Source: Hormiphora californensis
Taxonomy: Eukaryota > Animalia > Ctenophora
DNA: 64,000 bases
NCBI GenBank assembly: GCA_020137815.1
Contig: CM035360.1
Span: 2,790,001 to 2,854,000 of the forward strand
Direction of reading: 5' to 3'
Part shown: positions 1 to 12,124 of the stretch, one piece after another
Layout of the letters: every line of letters begins with the position of its first letter
Position numbering within the stretch: the stretch's first letter is position 1
Notes under the pieces: generated by a model
The model's database searches: none
What the model was told of the DNA's origin: nothing
What the model saw: only the letters and a program-made list of their open reading frames with translations
Translations under genes and position numbers: made by a program

Positions 1-3000
1 CACCACTCAGGATTACTTGTCTGATCAGTGATCAGGACAATCTGAAACATAATATAGTTGGTTACCATAGCAACTTGGTGTTTTTAACAGCACATCCAAA
101 CGAATATGACATCGTAGGGTTTTTCGATTTTCCCACGGCCATAGCTCCATTGGAGTTATGACCGTCTGAAATCTGGTCACGCAAGGTTCACAATTATTTT
201 GGCTTAGTACTGCAGATCTGATGAACCCTATAGAGACTCACCTCTCCCTTCCACACCCAGGACGTGTCCCCACCCCGGCACCGGGGCACCCCATCTTACC
301 TCTCCCTTTTTAGCAGCCAACTCCTGCTCACTCTCGGCAGTATAGTTGGCGATCACTTTGAACTTCTCGGGATCCTTTATAGCACTCTTATCGAGGAGAA
401 ACGCAGAGGGGAACCAACCCTATGGAGAGAAATACTATTGAGGAAATATATTTCGAAACAAACCCCGACAGGTTCCGAGCCTTTTATGTAATTTTATTTG
501 TGTTCTCATGTCTGATATGGATATATTTATTCATGATATTGGACACCAAAACTGTCCAGCACGCACCAGACCGGAGAACCGTTCTTGCAGGTTTAATAAA
601 AAAAGGGTCGACAGACAGCACCGGGGGTGAGCATCTAAATGAATTATAACTTCATATATCAATGTCAGTACCTGCCAGACAGCACCTAAATGAATTCAGT
701 ACCTGTTTTATTGGACACCCACACAAAAAGTCCTACTGTACCTGTTTTCCACCGGAGAACACGTACCACCACTCCTCGTTTGCTTTGTTTGATACCACCA
801 CCTCGTCTCCCTTACTTAGTGTTATCTGGCCTACACCATTAGCTGCAGGGAGGGGGGACAGTGGATCAGCGGGGACGGGGTCAGGGGGTAGCGGAGGGAG
901 GGGGTCAGCAGGGAGGGGGTGAGGTCAGCAGCGGGGAGGGAGGTCAGCAGGGAGGGAGGTCAGCGGGGAGGGGGGACAGTGGATCATGATCTGATCGATC
1001 AGCGGAGAGGGGTCAAGGGGGGGGGGGTCAGCATGGGGAGGGGGTCAGCAGGGAGGGGGGTCAGGGGGTAGTGGGAGAGGGGTTCATCGTCTTTTCATCT
1101 TGTCCAGCTGGAAAGAAGAACTAAACTGATCTCTGTCAAGATTATATTTGAACAAAGTTTACTGTTTACGTACCAGTGTAGTCTTCTTGTACTACCATGT
1201 CATCTCCCTCAGGAACAGCGGTGGGGATATTTGCAGCATCTGGAGAAAATAAATACCTCTTAGTACCTCTTATAGTAAGATAGAACCTCTGTTGGTTATA
1301 GTAGGAATAACGATATAATATGTTATGAACCAACCAGCCAACAAAAGATATCTTGTTCAATTTTCAAGAGTATTGAAAATGTCACTAACGTTAAAAAGAC
1401 TTGTATATTAAATACCGATACTAAGTATTGCACTCTATTTTAACCCACTTGGTGCCCGGGCGGTCCTCATGCTACGACGAGCCCTCCTAGTTGAGATTCT
1501 CTTGTGGTTATTAGACCGATTGGGGGGAGCCATCTCCTCAACCTTAGCCACAGTCTCCGCTGAGATCTCAGGTGGATTTAGTTCCAGATCCTCCATGAGA
1601 AGATTTCCCTCCACCTGTGTGTTAGGATAATTATTATGTGGCAGTGATTCAGTCCGTGATGTATTAGGAAAATTAACTGTGACCTAATGTGTCCGTGATT
1701 TCCATGGTAGGTATGTATAAAAAATAAACATAAATATGTCCTACCCTGTGCTTTGCAAAGTTTTGTAGACTCGCACCCCAGCGGTACTGCGAAGCGTAAT
1801 ACTTGCCATGGTTATTCTAAGATATCTATAGGTGTGCCAATATTCATCTATAGAGTGACACTTCACATATATAATTACCCATAATTAAACATAATTAAAC
1901 ATAATTACCCGGATGAGGTATTGGGCAGGTCCGAACCCTGATTTCCCGTTGACTGCTACCTTCCACCACCCATCACTATGCTTCAATATCCCCTTGGCAA
2001 TGTCACCTGCATTATAGAACATGGGTTGTTGCAGGGAAATTAGGGTAAGCTGGGGTGAAATGGCCCGCGGGGTAAAGTGGCCCATGTATGGGGCAAAGTG
2101 GCCCTAGTTATTACATGTGGTCACGTGACTTTTTCTCCAGCGGAGACCTGCTCGTTCTGTTCCGAATTTTCGCTTTAAAACTGCTGTCATTTCTGTTTGG
2201 GTTGGCCGATTTTAATTTTGCAAAAACTGCCAGTTAGGCTTTATAATTCTCTAAAACGTGGTATAAAAATTTTTGAAGAAATTGGCATTTTTGTTGTCTT
2301 AATTGTCAATTTTGTGAAATCGGGGCAAATATGGCCCACTCTCCGGGGCAAAGTGGTCCGGTCTGGGGCAAAGTGGCCCACCTCTAGGACCAATGAAATG
2401 GCGCCTGCAATACCACGTGATATTGGAATGCACAAAAAATGTAGTACAGACGATCAAATTAGGGGCAAAGTGGCCCATGTTCCGGTGCAGAACATGGGCC
2501 ACTTTGCCCCTAGTTTGATCGTTTCGTCTAACAACACCAGGCACGTGATAAAATCGAGCAATGCTATTGGCTTGGGCCACTTTGCCCCGGTGCAAATTTT
2601 CCAAAAAACGCCTCACCAAATTATTTGAATTGATTAATTAACCCATTAAATAAAACTTGTAGATAATAAAATTTAGCTCGGCTGAAAGGAAAAGGTTTCA
2701 TTGGATAGCCTATATAATTTTTTTCTTCCTGCTGTATAAATTGCGTAATTTAGAACCTAAAACGTTAAAAGTGGGCCACTTTTACCCCAGCTTACCCTAG
2801 AGAATTTTAAAACAACAACACCAACACGTATAAGATTGAAAATCCCAGATTTCACAAAAAACTTTGTTGTCTGTGTATGTAGTGTACCTTTGTTGAACGT
2901 CACTTCATCCTTGTTGGTAGCCTTGTAAGCACAAACGCACTGGTAAAACTCATCTGAGAAAAGTAATTTGATTTCATGAGCACTGAGTTATTAGTGATTT

Positions 3001-5382
3001 ATAAGGTTTTATAGTGATTTATAAGGTAGTATCAAGTAAGTAAAACCAGGTTCAGTTTCACTCCGATGGGATTATAATAATATTGGGGGAATGAGCTTAT
3101 ACCAGGGTGCATTGGATTTTTGCTTTGCTTGTGTGTGTCTGTGCAACTGTAGCATTTGTGTAAGTGTGTTTGCATTTCAATGTAAGATAAACACTAAACA
3201 CCGCGACACGAACATGTGAGAACGTCAATAATATCTCTTGGATGTTTAATGACGTCAAATAGTTAGTGTTGCCATTATAACGGTAACCATAGCGGTAACC
3301 ATAGCGGTAACCATAGCGGTAACCATAACGGTAACCATAGCGGTAACCATAACGGTAACCATAGCGGTAACCATAGCGGTAACCATAGCGGTAACCATAC
3401 CGGTAACCATAACGGTAACCATAGCGGGTAACCATAACGGTAACCATAGCGGTAACCATAACGGTCACGGGTAACTTATAACTATGGAATGGTAACCATG
3501 CTGGTAACCAATGGTGACCGTGACAAAAACCACTGGCAACTGCATTACTCACTTTTCCCACACTGCTGCATAAGATCCTCTCCACCTTCGAGGGATTTTA
3601 AAAAGTTAGCGGGCACCCATCCTGTTCCGCTGGTACACGTCACAAACCACCATCCTGAATCACTTTTCTCGACCACCTCGACTACATCACCCTCGTACAG
3701 CGAGATGCTCTTCCTGTCTTTCGCTTTGAAGTTCTCCAGCACTTCCCATTCCTGTAGTGAACTTGCTGAAACTCTCTCCTTTGTTTTTACAATATATGGA
3801 ACATAGCCTGAGCTGAATAGAACCCAGCCTGAAATTTTTCTATCATAATTATGATTAGAAAGGAATTAGAAATGACAAACCTCTAAGGCGATTGGACCTC
3901 CAACAGTCTCCCCCTTGAGATCAGTTGTCTCCTTCCTGAAGGGTTTAGCGATGTAATCATCAATGTTAAAATTATAAGTTCTACATTGGATTTTGAAGGG
4001 ATTCGTCATCAGTCATCACACAGTAGAATAGTCTGTCAATTTCGTTGTGAGACACATAGAACAGTATGTAAATTGTAAGATGGTCAAGCAAGGGGTACAC
4101 CTACGTCTGTTCCTCCTTCAAGAAAGTCAAATCATCATCTGTTATGGTAAAGAATTCCTCCATAATCTCACATCCCAGGTACTTGGCCTCCAGCTTCATA
4201 ACTGCACTGAGGTATTCCTTGAGGGATTCAGTCCGGGCTGCAGCTGCTTTGGCGTTGTTGGTCCGGGAAAATGCTCCACCCTCTGCAGTGAGTAGGGAAC
4301 ATTATAGTTGAGCTGCAGAGTGCAGACCAATTAATTTTCGATAAAGGAGCATAGAGGGAAGATCGTGTGGCTTCTAACAGTATGTTAGTTTTCTGAATCA
4401 ACTAAATCAAAAGGGGGTTTGAGGGGTGACCTCGCTCCGACTTCTGTGCTCCAAGCACGGGTGTGACACCCCCATAAAAAAGTCGCTTGGCAAATTCCCT
4501 CGTCGCTCGGCAATTGGTTCGGCAACAACAGGTGGTTTGCCGAGCCATTCGCTCGGCTAATCAAGGAAGTCGCCGTGTTTTCACCGCGTTCTTACAGAAA
4601 AAGTACATTTTTTCAGCACTTTTTTTCAAAATCTCCTGCTGAAAAATACAAAGTGCTGAAAAAATGTGCTTTTTCTGTAAGAACGCGGTGAAATCACGGA
4701 GACTTCCTTGATTAGCCGAGCGACTGGCTCGGCAAACCACCTGTTGTTGCCGAACCAATTGCCGAGCGACGAGGGAATTTGCCAAGCGACTTTTTTATGG
4801 GGGCAGGGTTCCACATGAGGGGTGAGTGACATGGATTTCTTTAGATTTAGCTTGAAAAAGCATCGGTTTTGGGACCGTTCCCCTCAAACCCCCTTTTGAT
4901 GAATCAACTAAGCAAAATCCTTGTTAATGAGGACAATTATAATAATAATTTACTTGGAAGAACGGGCAGCCATCGAGGTTTTGACGTCACGAGTTCCTTA
5001 TACTTTTCTATCATCGCACACTGAGGGGAATCCATGATTGCAAAATTCAATAAATCGTAATCATAATTAAATATAATGGGGTGTGAACTGCCAAGTCAGT
5101 GACTAGTAACTACCACTTACATGCATGTCGAAGAACTGTGAGTATCGTCTAAATATGATCGTTACTCCGCCGTTTACTCGATTTAACCTCATCACATACA
5201 CCTGGAATTCGGAATCGGGAGATAAACGTAGAAGGTGGAAACTAAAACGTGACGTTCGTTCTGTACGCCCGTCTGATTCAATAATTACTCACGTAGTACT
5301 TCTCAGGATTCCTAACTTTCTTGCAACCAATAAGTTTTAGTTCTTTAACATAGTTTTCCGCATGTTGTTTTTCTTCCTCCAT
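1..5382 (-). CDS. PX domain + >=4 SH3 domain protein (p47phox/NOXO1/Tks4-Tks5 SH3PXD2 family NADPH-oxidase organiser/scaffold); spliced, 3' end beyond window
   Basis: Phase-consistent GT-AG exons at 5293-5382, 5121-5201 (VYVMRLNRVNGGVTIIFRRYSQFFDMH, PX RRY motif), 4954-5020, 4105-4282, 3881-3980 (VGGPIALE), 3553-3751 (SH3-1, GWW..GWVPANFL), 2888-2953 + 1909-2006 (SH3-2), ~1745-1816, ~1449-1614 (basic KRISTRRARRS), ~1169-1238 + ~765-842 (SH3-3), ~300-420 (GWFPSAFL...ANYTAESEQEL), ~1-42 (IVLITDQTSNPEWW, SH3-4). Confidence 0.88.
2043..2797. mobile_element. MITE with TA target duplication (Tc1/mariner-pogo type ends) and internal GGGGCAAAGTGGCCC repeats
   Basis: TIRs GGGTAAGCTGGGGTGAAATGGCCC / GGGCCACTTTTACCCCAGCTTACCC with TA on both sides; the GGGCAAAGTGGCCC motif recurs in both orientations; internal hairpin at ~2450-2522. 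Confidence 0.85.
3277..3480. repeat. 12-bp minisatellite (CGGTAACCATAR)n
   Basis: Directly visible tandem array in an intron of the PX-SH3 gene; it produces the spurious (GYRY)n ORF. Confidence 0.95.
4406..4900. mobile_element. Non-autonomous palindromic DNA transposon with 11-bp TSD (Mutator-like by TSD length)
   Basis: TIR ATCAAAAGGGGGTTTGAGGGG / CCCCTCAAACCCCCTTTTGAT; GAATCAACTAA at 4395-4405 and 4901-4911; long internal inverted repeat ~4471-4803. Confidence 0.85.
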
Positions 5383-5686
5383 TTTTTTAGACAACAGCCT
5401 TTCGCTAAAATCGATAAATGTAGCATAAATACAGCGATATACCGTTAACCCGCAGTCGAGAAACGCCATAAACGCAAACAGTTGCAGTCCTTGGCCTGAA
5501 TCGAGGACCGGGCTTTACAAGGCAGAAGACTGTGGGGCGTGGAGGTGTGGCGTGGAGGTGAAACCCCACAAGCAGGGTCTAGGGCACAGCCCCATCTAGG
5601 GTGGAGAGAGCCTAGCCTAGCTGCAAGTGGGGAAGAGTAGAGCTTTTGAAATATCAGGCGAGCGATTTTTGAGATTTTTTAAGGAA

Positions 5687-5953
5687 AACGTTAAAATCTG
5701 GGTGCCTTTCATTGCTAACAATTCGTAGTTTTGGCGCGCGCGACGGGTTAGGGCTACCCGTTAGGGTCTGGTTAGGGTTTGGTTTGGGGTTATCGGTTAG
5801 GGCTATCGATTCTCTAACTGATACCGTTTAGTTTACTCAAATCGGCCATGTGGTTCCATGGCTATAGCCGTTTGAAAAAAGTCGGTCTAAGTATACTCTT
5901 TTGGTAGCGCGCACCTGTAAACAGGCTGCAAGGCACCCAGATTTTTTAACGTT
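5687..5953. mobile_element. Dispersed element with degenerate GGGTTA(G) tract and inverted ends (possibly Helentron/HINE-like)
   Basis: AACGTTAAAATCTGGGTGCCTT ... AAGGCACCCAGATTTTTTAACGTT; close copy at 38343-39030 and partial copy at ~44070-44240. The superfamily assignment is inference. Confidence 0.65.
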
Positions 5954-6096
5954 AAAAAAGTTTGAATCAAATTTTTTGCGTGACAGCTGAGCGATCGCGC
6001 GGCGTCAACCGCGGTAGAAATGCGCTGCAAACTCGCGCGCTATGTGATATGACATCGACACGACCAAACTTTTTCAAGATGGCCGTTTTGCTTATA

Positions 6097-6771
6097 GGGA
6101 TCCCTAAAAAAGTTCAGTATTTACACAGAGTTTAATTTAAAGTCGGATTTTTTGAAACTGTCACCCCCCTGGGTATTTTCAAATTTCGTAAATGACCATA
6201 AATCCGGTTTCTGACGAGATAGAGACTTGAAATTTGGAGGTTACGAAGATCTTGCTAAGTTCTTCCGAACCTCCAAATTTCAAGTCTCTATCTTATCAGG
6301 AACCGGAGATATGGCAAGTTTTGTTATTTCAGGGGGGTGACAGTTTCAAAAAATCCGACTTTACACATTCTTTACTCAGTCGTTACACCCAGAGCGCCCG
6401 CGCCGCTCTGGGTGTAACGACGGCGTCTTTCGCACTCGATTTGCAGCGTTTTCGGAAACTTTTTTCGCCGCAGCGCTCAATTTTGTCAATTGTGCAGCAC
6501 ACAATCCAATATTTTCTTGGAAAAAGCCACTGTGCGCAGCACGCGCCGCTCTGGGTGTAACGACTGAGTAAAGACTGTGTAAACTCTGTGTAAATAAAGT
6601 CCATTTTTATTCAACTGTTCACCCTCCACCTCGTGCGCGTGCGATATTTTAATTTACGCTGCGCGCGCTACACGTTAACATGTGATAGACGCGCAAAACA
6701 ATTCCGCGCACGACTTTGGGGGGTGAACAGTTGAAAAAAAATGGAGTATACTGAACTTTTTTAGGGATCCC
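6097..6771. mobile_element. Non-autonomous TIR element containing an AGAGAC..GTCTCT hairpin module
   Basis: GGGATCCCTAAAAAAGTTCAGTAT / ATACTGAACTTTTTTAGGGATCCC flanked by TA; internal hairpins at ~6140-6361 and ~6371-6571. Confidence 0.8.
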
Positions 6772-8115
6772 TATTTTGAAAAATGAAGAAAAAATTACGA
6801 TAAAAGTAAAAAGTTGATATATGGCATATGCGATCAGCAATGGTCACTGGTCAGGAGACCTAGGCACAGCCAAACTACCTCTACATAGCACAATGTCTGG
6901 AATACATCAATCTCGTCCTCGAGTTCAATATTTTGCCCCACGGGCCACGCTCGGCTCCTGCTTTTTGTGGCAATATTGACTGTGTCAAGTTATTGTAAAC
7001 AGATTTTATAAAAATAATAAAATATGGCCTAGTTATCAGAAGGTTTTCTTAACTCATGTGCTGTTATCGTTAGACGTTAGTCAGTAACACTGTCCTGAGG
7101 CTGGCTGCATAGGGGGCGCCGGGCGTGAAATTTCGCGTGCGAAAACAGAGGGGTGCGACATGCACAAGTCTTGAAGCCACGGCAGACGGCTGACGGCAAG
7201 GTTACAGCACTGGGCACAATATGATTAAAATTAAGTTTTAGTTATACAAATTGTTTGGCCTGATGGTTTCATTAAAATGATACACATATCAGAATGGAGG
7301 TAACTTCTTGAGACCACAGGATTCATGAAACTAATATTGTTCAGAGTTAGTCATGTCAGAGGGATTGGCGGCGGGATACCAAGTTCGAGTTACTAGTAAA
7401 TAGTGATGTCACGTGATGCCCATATATTGTGTTGTTTGTCACGTGATGACCATATATGGTGTTGATTGTCACGTGATGCCCATATATGGTATTATGTAAC
7501 TAATATTGTTCATGTTAGTTAGCCATGTCTGAGGGACTGGCGGCGGGATACCAAGTACGAACTACTAGCAATGTCTCACAGCAGCTCATCATGCAAAAAT
7601 CAACAGGTAACAAGTTTGGACGAAACGCTGCTATCCATTTCTCTCTTAATCTTTACTATCTAAGTTTGAACGAAACGCTGCTATCCATTTCTCTCATTAT
7701 CTCTCTCTCCAGTACTGTCTCACCTCTCTATTGCCCCTCTCTCGCCCCTTAGTAGAGTCGATAACTACATCGACCCCTCCCAATTGTTTCAGTTTTTGTT
7801 ACATCTGTTTGGAGCCTCGACTCGACCTCTAAACAGGTGTTACTTTTTCACAAACTGTTTTCATCATGGTGTAATCAGCATTTGAAATGTTGCTGATCAT
7901 AACAAAAACCGAACTATTTTTTTTAAACTTGGGGTAAAACCATGGGTGTCAAAAGTTAGCTCTAGGTCTCCTGAGTAACCATCCGGAGACTCTAAGAGAT
8001 ATTTCAAGCCCCTACCTGTCTTACCCCTCGTTCACCCTCCCCCTTGTGGCGATGCCTGAAGTATTTAGCTCTTTGATTAGTGACGCCAACTTAACGGGTT
8101 GGAACCCTATCAATA

Positions 8116-8289
8116 CAGTATACCCTCGAGTTATTAGCCTCCTCGGGGGGAAAAGGGTGTTGCACAGTAAATAAAGGTTTTATTTTATCGAGGTAAATCG
8201 AGGCTGTATTTATACATAAAATGCAAAATTGGGGGAAATTTATCCATCCGGTAAAAAGAGGGGTATAAGGGTAAATCGAGGTTTGACTG
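8116..8289. mobile_element. pogo/Tigger-like MITE (CAGT...ACTG, TA TSD)
   Basis: TA-CAGTATACCCTCGA ... TCGAGGTTTGACTG-TA; diverged relative of the CAGTCGGACCCCGAT family. Confidence 0.7.
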
Positions 8290-8525
8290 TACCATTATCT
8301 TAGCACCCAATAACACACGGCACTACGCCAATAATATCTGTGATATGGGTGCTATATTAGTTGCAGTACCATTATTCGCGTTATAATATCCATCGTTATG
8401 GTATATTGTTATTTCGAACAGGAAATTATTGACCTCTCTGCACGGTGTGTGCTTGTTGTGAGTGTGTGGGAGGGTGAGATGAGAGAGAGAGAGAGAGAGA
8501 GAGGGGGAGAGAGAGAGAAAGAGAG

Positions 8526-8556
<31 letters not shown>

Positions 8557-8736
8557 GATGAGAGGTCAGAGAACTATTGTCCTGTAACTCTGCTTCATTG
8601 TGTCTGTGAGTCTGGCTCTAAACTAAAACACATGTCTTCAGCTCAGTGCCTTCAGTGTTGCATTACACAGCTGTGATTTTCACATATGTAGCCATCTCAA
8701 ATTCTCTGCTTCTTTCTTCTGTTTTCTGATAATATA

Positions 8737-8893
8737 CAGTCGGACCCCGATTTTCCGGAACCCCGATGTACCGGCAGGATAAACTTCCCCCGATATGGGA
8801 AATTAACGGCATTTGACCCCGATATACCGGTCACCCCGATTTACCGAGCAAACCACTTTCCCCCGAGCATCCCGGTAAATCGGGGTCCGACTG
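8737..8893. mobile_element. pogo/Tigger-like MITE, CAGTCGGACCCCGAT family
   Basis: TIR CAGTCGGACCCCGATTT / AAATCGGGGTCCGACTG; further copies at 33465-33548 and 58209-58294, degenerate ones at ~28757-28848 and ~52777-52881. Confidence 0.85.
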
Positions 8894-9405
8894 CATCAAT
8901 GCTCGCTTACTAAAGTGTTTGGTCCTGGTCTGAAATCCCTTGGTAGCGGTCACGTGACCTGTGTGTCATGTGATCCAAAGGACGAGTGAGCCAACTATTC
9001 AGCAAGCAAGATTTGTGCTGCTGCTTTTCCTTGTTGTCTCTCTATCCCTCTCTCTATCCCTCTCCTTTTCTCTATCTATCTCTCTCTCTTTCGTCATATA
9101 TACTAGGAATTTCTTTGATCAAACTTATTTTATATTTTATTATCCCCATCTCCCTGCATTAATATACGTCTCCTCCTTTAACCCATGCCTCACTACATTG
9201 TAATAATAGTCTTCTTTTTATCTCACAATAGCCACATCATATTATGATTTTATCATTCTCTACTATGGTAAAGATTTATGCTTATTTCAAAAATTTCTCT
9301 TGCGTTCGTTCTTGCTTCACAACCCTCTAGTCGAGGCCTACCTTATTAGACCAGTCATATGATGCATGATAGGGAACATAATTGATCTAAATGTCATTCA
9401 ACTTC

Positions 9406-10288
9406 TAGGGCACTCCAATAGGTCCCTAGAACCACCAAAAAAATTTGTCACTCTTCATCAAATGAATAAATGTGGTTTTTGGGCCACGCCCTTATACCTG
9501 TATTTTCAGTCATGTGGTCAAAACTGAAAACCATCTTAGGAAACGAGTAGAGAAGAAATCAAGGGCACTAAAGTGTGTAGCGTCCTCGCATTAGTGGGGG
9601 TAGGTGCCGGAATTAAGTCTCTATCTCATCTAGTTAATTAGATAATTGGATAATTAGGTATGCGCATAACCGTTTTTTGGCTATATGGCTATAGCCACTT
9701 ATAAATGGTTTAGAGACTTTTCACTGGTGCCATTTTGTAGGCAATGGCCAAGTTATGGGGGTCGACGTCGACTTTTAAGCTCTATCTTCAACCGTTTAGC
9801 CGTTATTTGGCTTTTAAGGTGCTGAAAATGAGCAAAAAACGGGCTTTTTCCCGTTTTTTACTCATTTTCAGCACCTTTGAATCGAAATAACGGCTAAACA
9901 GTTGGAGATAGAGCTTAAAAGTCCGACGTCGACCCCCCATAACTTGACCATTGCCTACAAAATGGCACCAGTGAAAAGTCTCTAAACCATTTATAAGTGG
10001 CTATAGCCATATAGCCAAAAAAACGGTTATGCGCATACCTAATTATCCAATTATCTAATTAACCAGATGAGATAGAGACTTAATTCCGGCACCTACCCCC
10101 ACTAATGCGAGGACGCTACACACTTTGGTGCCCCTTGATTTCTTCTCTACTCGTTTCCTAAGATGGTTTTCAGTTTTGACCACATGACTGAAAATACAAG
10201 TATAAGGGCGTGGCCCAAAAAACCACATTTATTCATTTGATGAAGAGTGACAATTTTTTTTTGGGGTTTAGGGACCTTGGATGCCCCA
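9406..10288. mobile_element. Long palindromic (foldback) element with ~430-bp arms
   Basis: 9430-9840 is the near-perfect reverse complement of 9850-10260; it shares modules with the 20090-21310 palindrome. Confidence 0.85.
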
Positions 10289-10799
10289 AAGTGGGAAAGA
10301 ATTTGATAATTTTGTTTTTTTTTGGTCCAAAACGACATATATGACTGGTATATTGTGTTTTTCGGTATCATGATTTCTCTATCAAAAGTAACCAAGGGGT
10401 TTTCCCCAAAAAAAATTTTTTTTTTTTCCCAAAAAAATTTTTTTTTTTTAAAAAAAAAAAAAAACCCCCCCCCCCCTCAATTTTTTTCTACCCCCCCTTT
10501 TTTCCTCTTCTCTTCCCCTCTCTCTCCCCTCTTTTATCCCCCCTCTCTTCCCTTTTTCCAATTCCTTTTCTCTTTTACATTTTTAGCTCATATGACGTCA
10601 CGCTATGTGTAATATATTATGTCCTAATTTAACCTATCACTATCTTAGCTCGGCTGTCACAAGCCTGTCCTCTTTCCTAGATCTCTTCCTCTCTCCAGAC
10701 TTTGTCAATTAGTCTAAGCCTACCTTTTAAAACATCAGGCCTCTCTTTTCATTTTTTCCACTCGAGTGTTCTCTATCTGTCTGTACAGACACACACTCA

Positions 10800-10845
<46 letters not shown>

Positions 10846-10916
10846 TCACTCATTTTCACTTTCTTTGCGTGTCTTTTTCACTGTTAAATCTTTGACAAGA
10901 CCTGTCAGACAGATCA

Positions 10917-11520
10917 CTGGCATAATACGCGTCCTATACAGTTAGTAGGGACGATAGTGTCAGTCGATGTCAGGGATTTTAAAATTTCCCTATTCAAGTG
11001 TTCGGGGATCCTCTCCCGAGTAAAATGCGACCATTTAGAGCTCCCAATCTTTTCTCGTTCTCTAATTATTCGTGATTATGCTAATTATGACGTCATCAGC
11101 AACTACCAGAAATCTACATCTTAGGGCTTAAATTTTTATACTAGCTGATAGGGGACCACTAGATTAGTGGGCAAAAAAATTTTCAGGCCGATCGGAGTTA
11201 TGGGCGTGGCGCTATGGCGTTTGAAAGTGTGTAATCCGGTGATGACGTCATCAAGGATTATCAAATTAGGTCAACGCGGGGGGTCGAGACCGGGTGCGTT
11301 TGATCGAGCCTGATAAGCTGATCAAAAATCTGTAGGGGTAGATCAATCCCCCAACTAGGAGCCGAGCTATTAGCTGTTAGCGTTTTTCGGGTTTTAGGTC
11401 ACGTGACTTCGTCAAAAATCGAAAAAACGCTAATAGCTCGGCTCCTAGTTGGGGGATTGATCTACCCCTACAGATTTTTGATCAGCTTATCAGGCTGGCA
11501 TAATACGCGTCCTATACAGT
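10917..11520. mobile_element. Element bounded by a perfect 26-bp direct repeat with an internal ~190-bp hairpin
   Basis: CTGGCATAATACGCGTCCTATACAGT at 10917-10942 and 11495-11520; inverted repeat at ~11307-11496. Confidence 0.65.
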
Positions 11521-11778
11521 ATTAATTGCGATTAATTTCTCTTGTTTGTGATTGTGAGAGGGCTCACATTCTTTACAAGTCTGTTTCTTGATATGCCTCA
11601 CTGCTCACGATTGGAACTTGTTTTGTTCAGTGTTCAGTGTTACTTTTTAGAGTTTATTGCTCAGTTTTACTTTTCGCTTTTGTTAGAGTCTCTAGACCCT
11701 AAACATCCAGTACTGAATCGAAGTCTCTAGTTTTTGGTTTGTGTGATGTATGGTGGTGTGGATTTAGGACACAACTCT

Positions 11779-12124
11779 GACAACCCCTCCGACACTGAGA
11801 CAGATGGACCGGGTAAGATGAGACCGTGTTGCCCATATATGGTGTTGTGTGTCACGTGATGCCCATATATGGTAACAACCCCTCCGACACTGAGACAGAT
11901 GGACCGGGTAAGATGAGACCCTGTCACGTGTTGTCCATATATGGTGTTGTGTGTCACGTGATGCCCATATATGGTGACAACCCCTCCGACACTGAGACAG
12001 ATGGACCGGGTAAGATGAGACCCTGTCACGTGTTGCCCATATATGGTGTTGTGTGCCACGTGATGCCCATATATATGGTGACAACCCCTCCGACACTGAG
12101 ACAGATGGGCCGGGTAAGATGAGA
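11779..12124. repeat. ~102-bp tandem repeat (about 3.4 copies) containing GTCACGTGATGCCCATATATGG
   Basis: Units start at ~11781, 11875, 11977 and 12081; the same submotif is tandemly repeated at ~7408-7491. Confidence 0.9.

Noticed and set aside
3097-3585. 162-aa ORF with (GYRY)n
   Set aside because: Translation of a 12-bp intronic minisatellite.
5745-5802. Interstitial telomere
   Set aside because: Degenerate GGGTTA units inside a dispersed element, not a pure array.
10395-10580. Homopolymer-rich ORF 10322-10612
   Set aside because: Low-complexity sequence, probably poorly polished.
11779-12124. Possible CRISPR-like repeat-spacer array (also 54216-54564 and 46723-47105)
   Set aside because: Whole units are repeated with no unique spacers; eukaryotic context and no cas genes.
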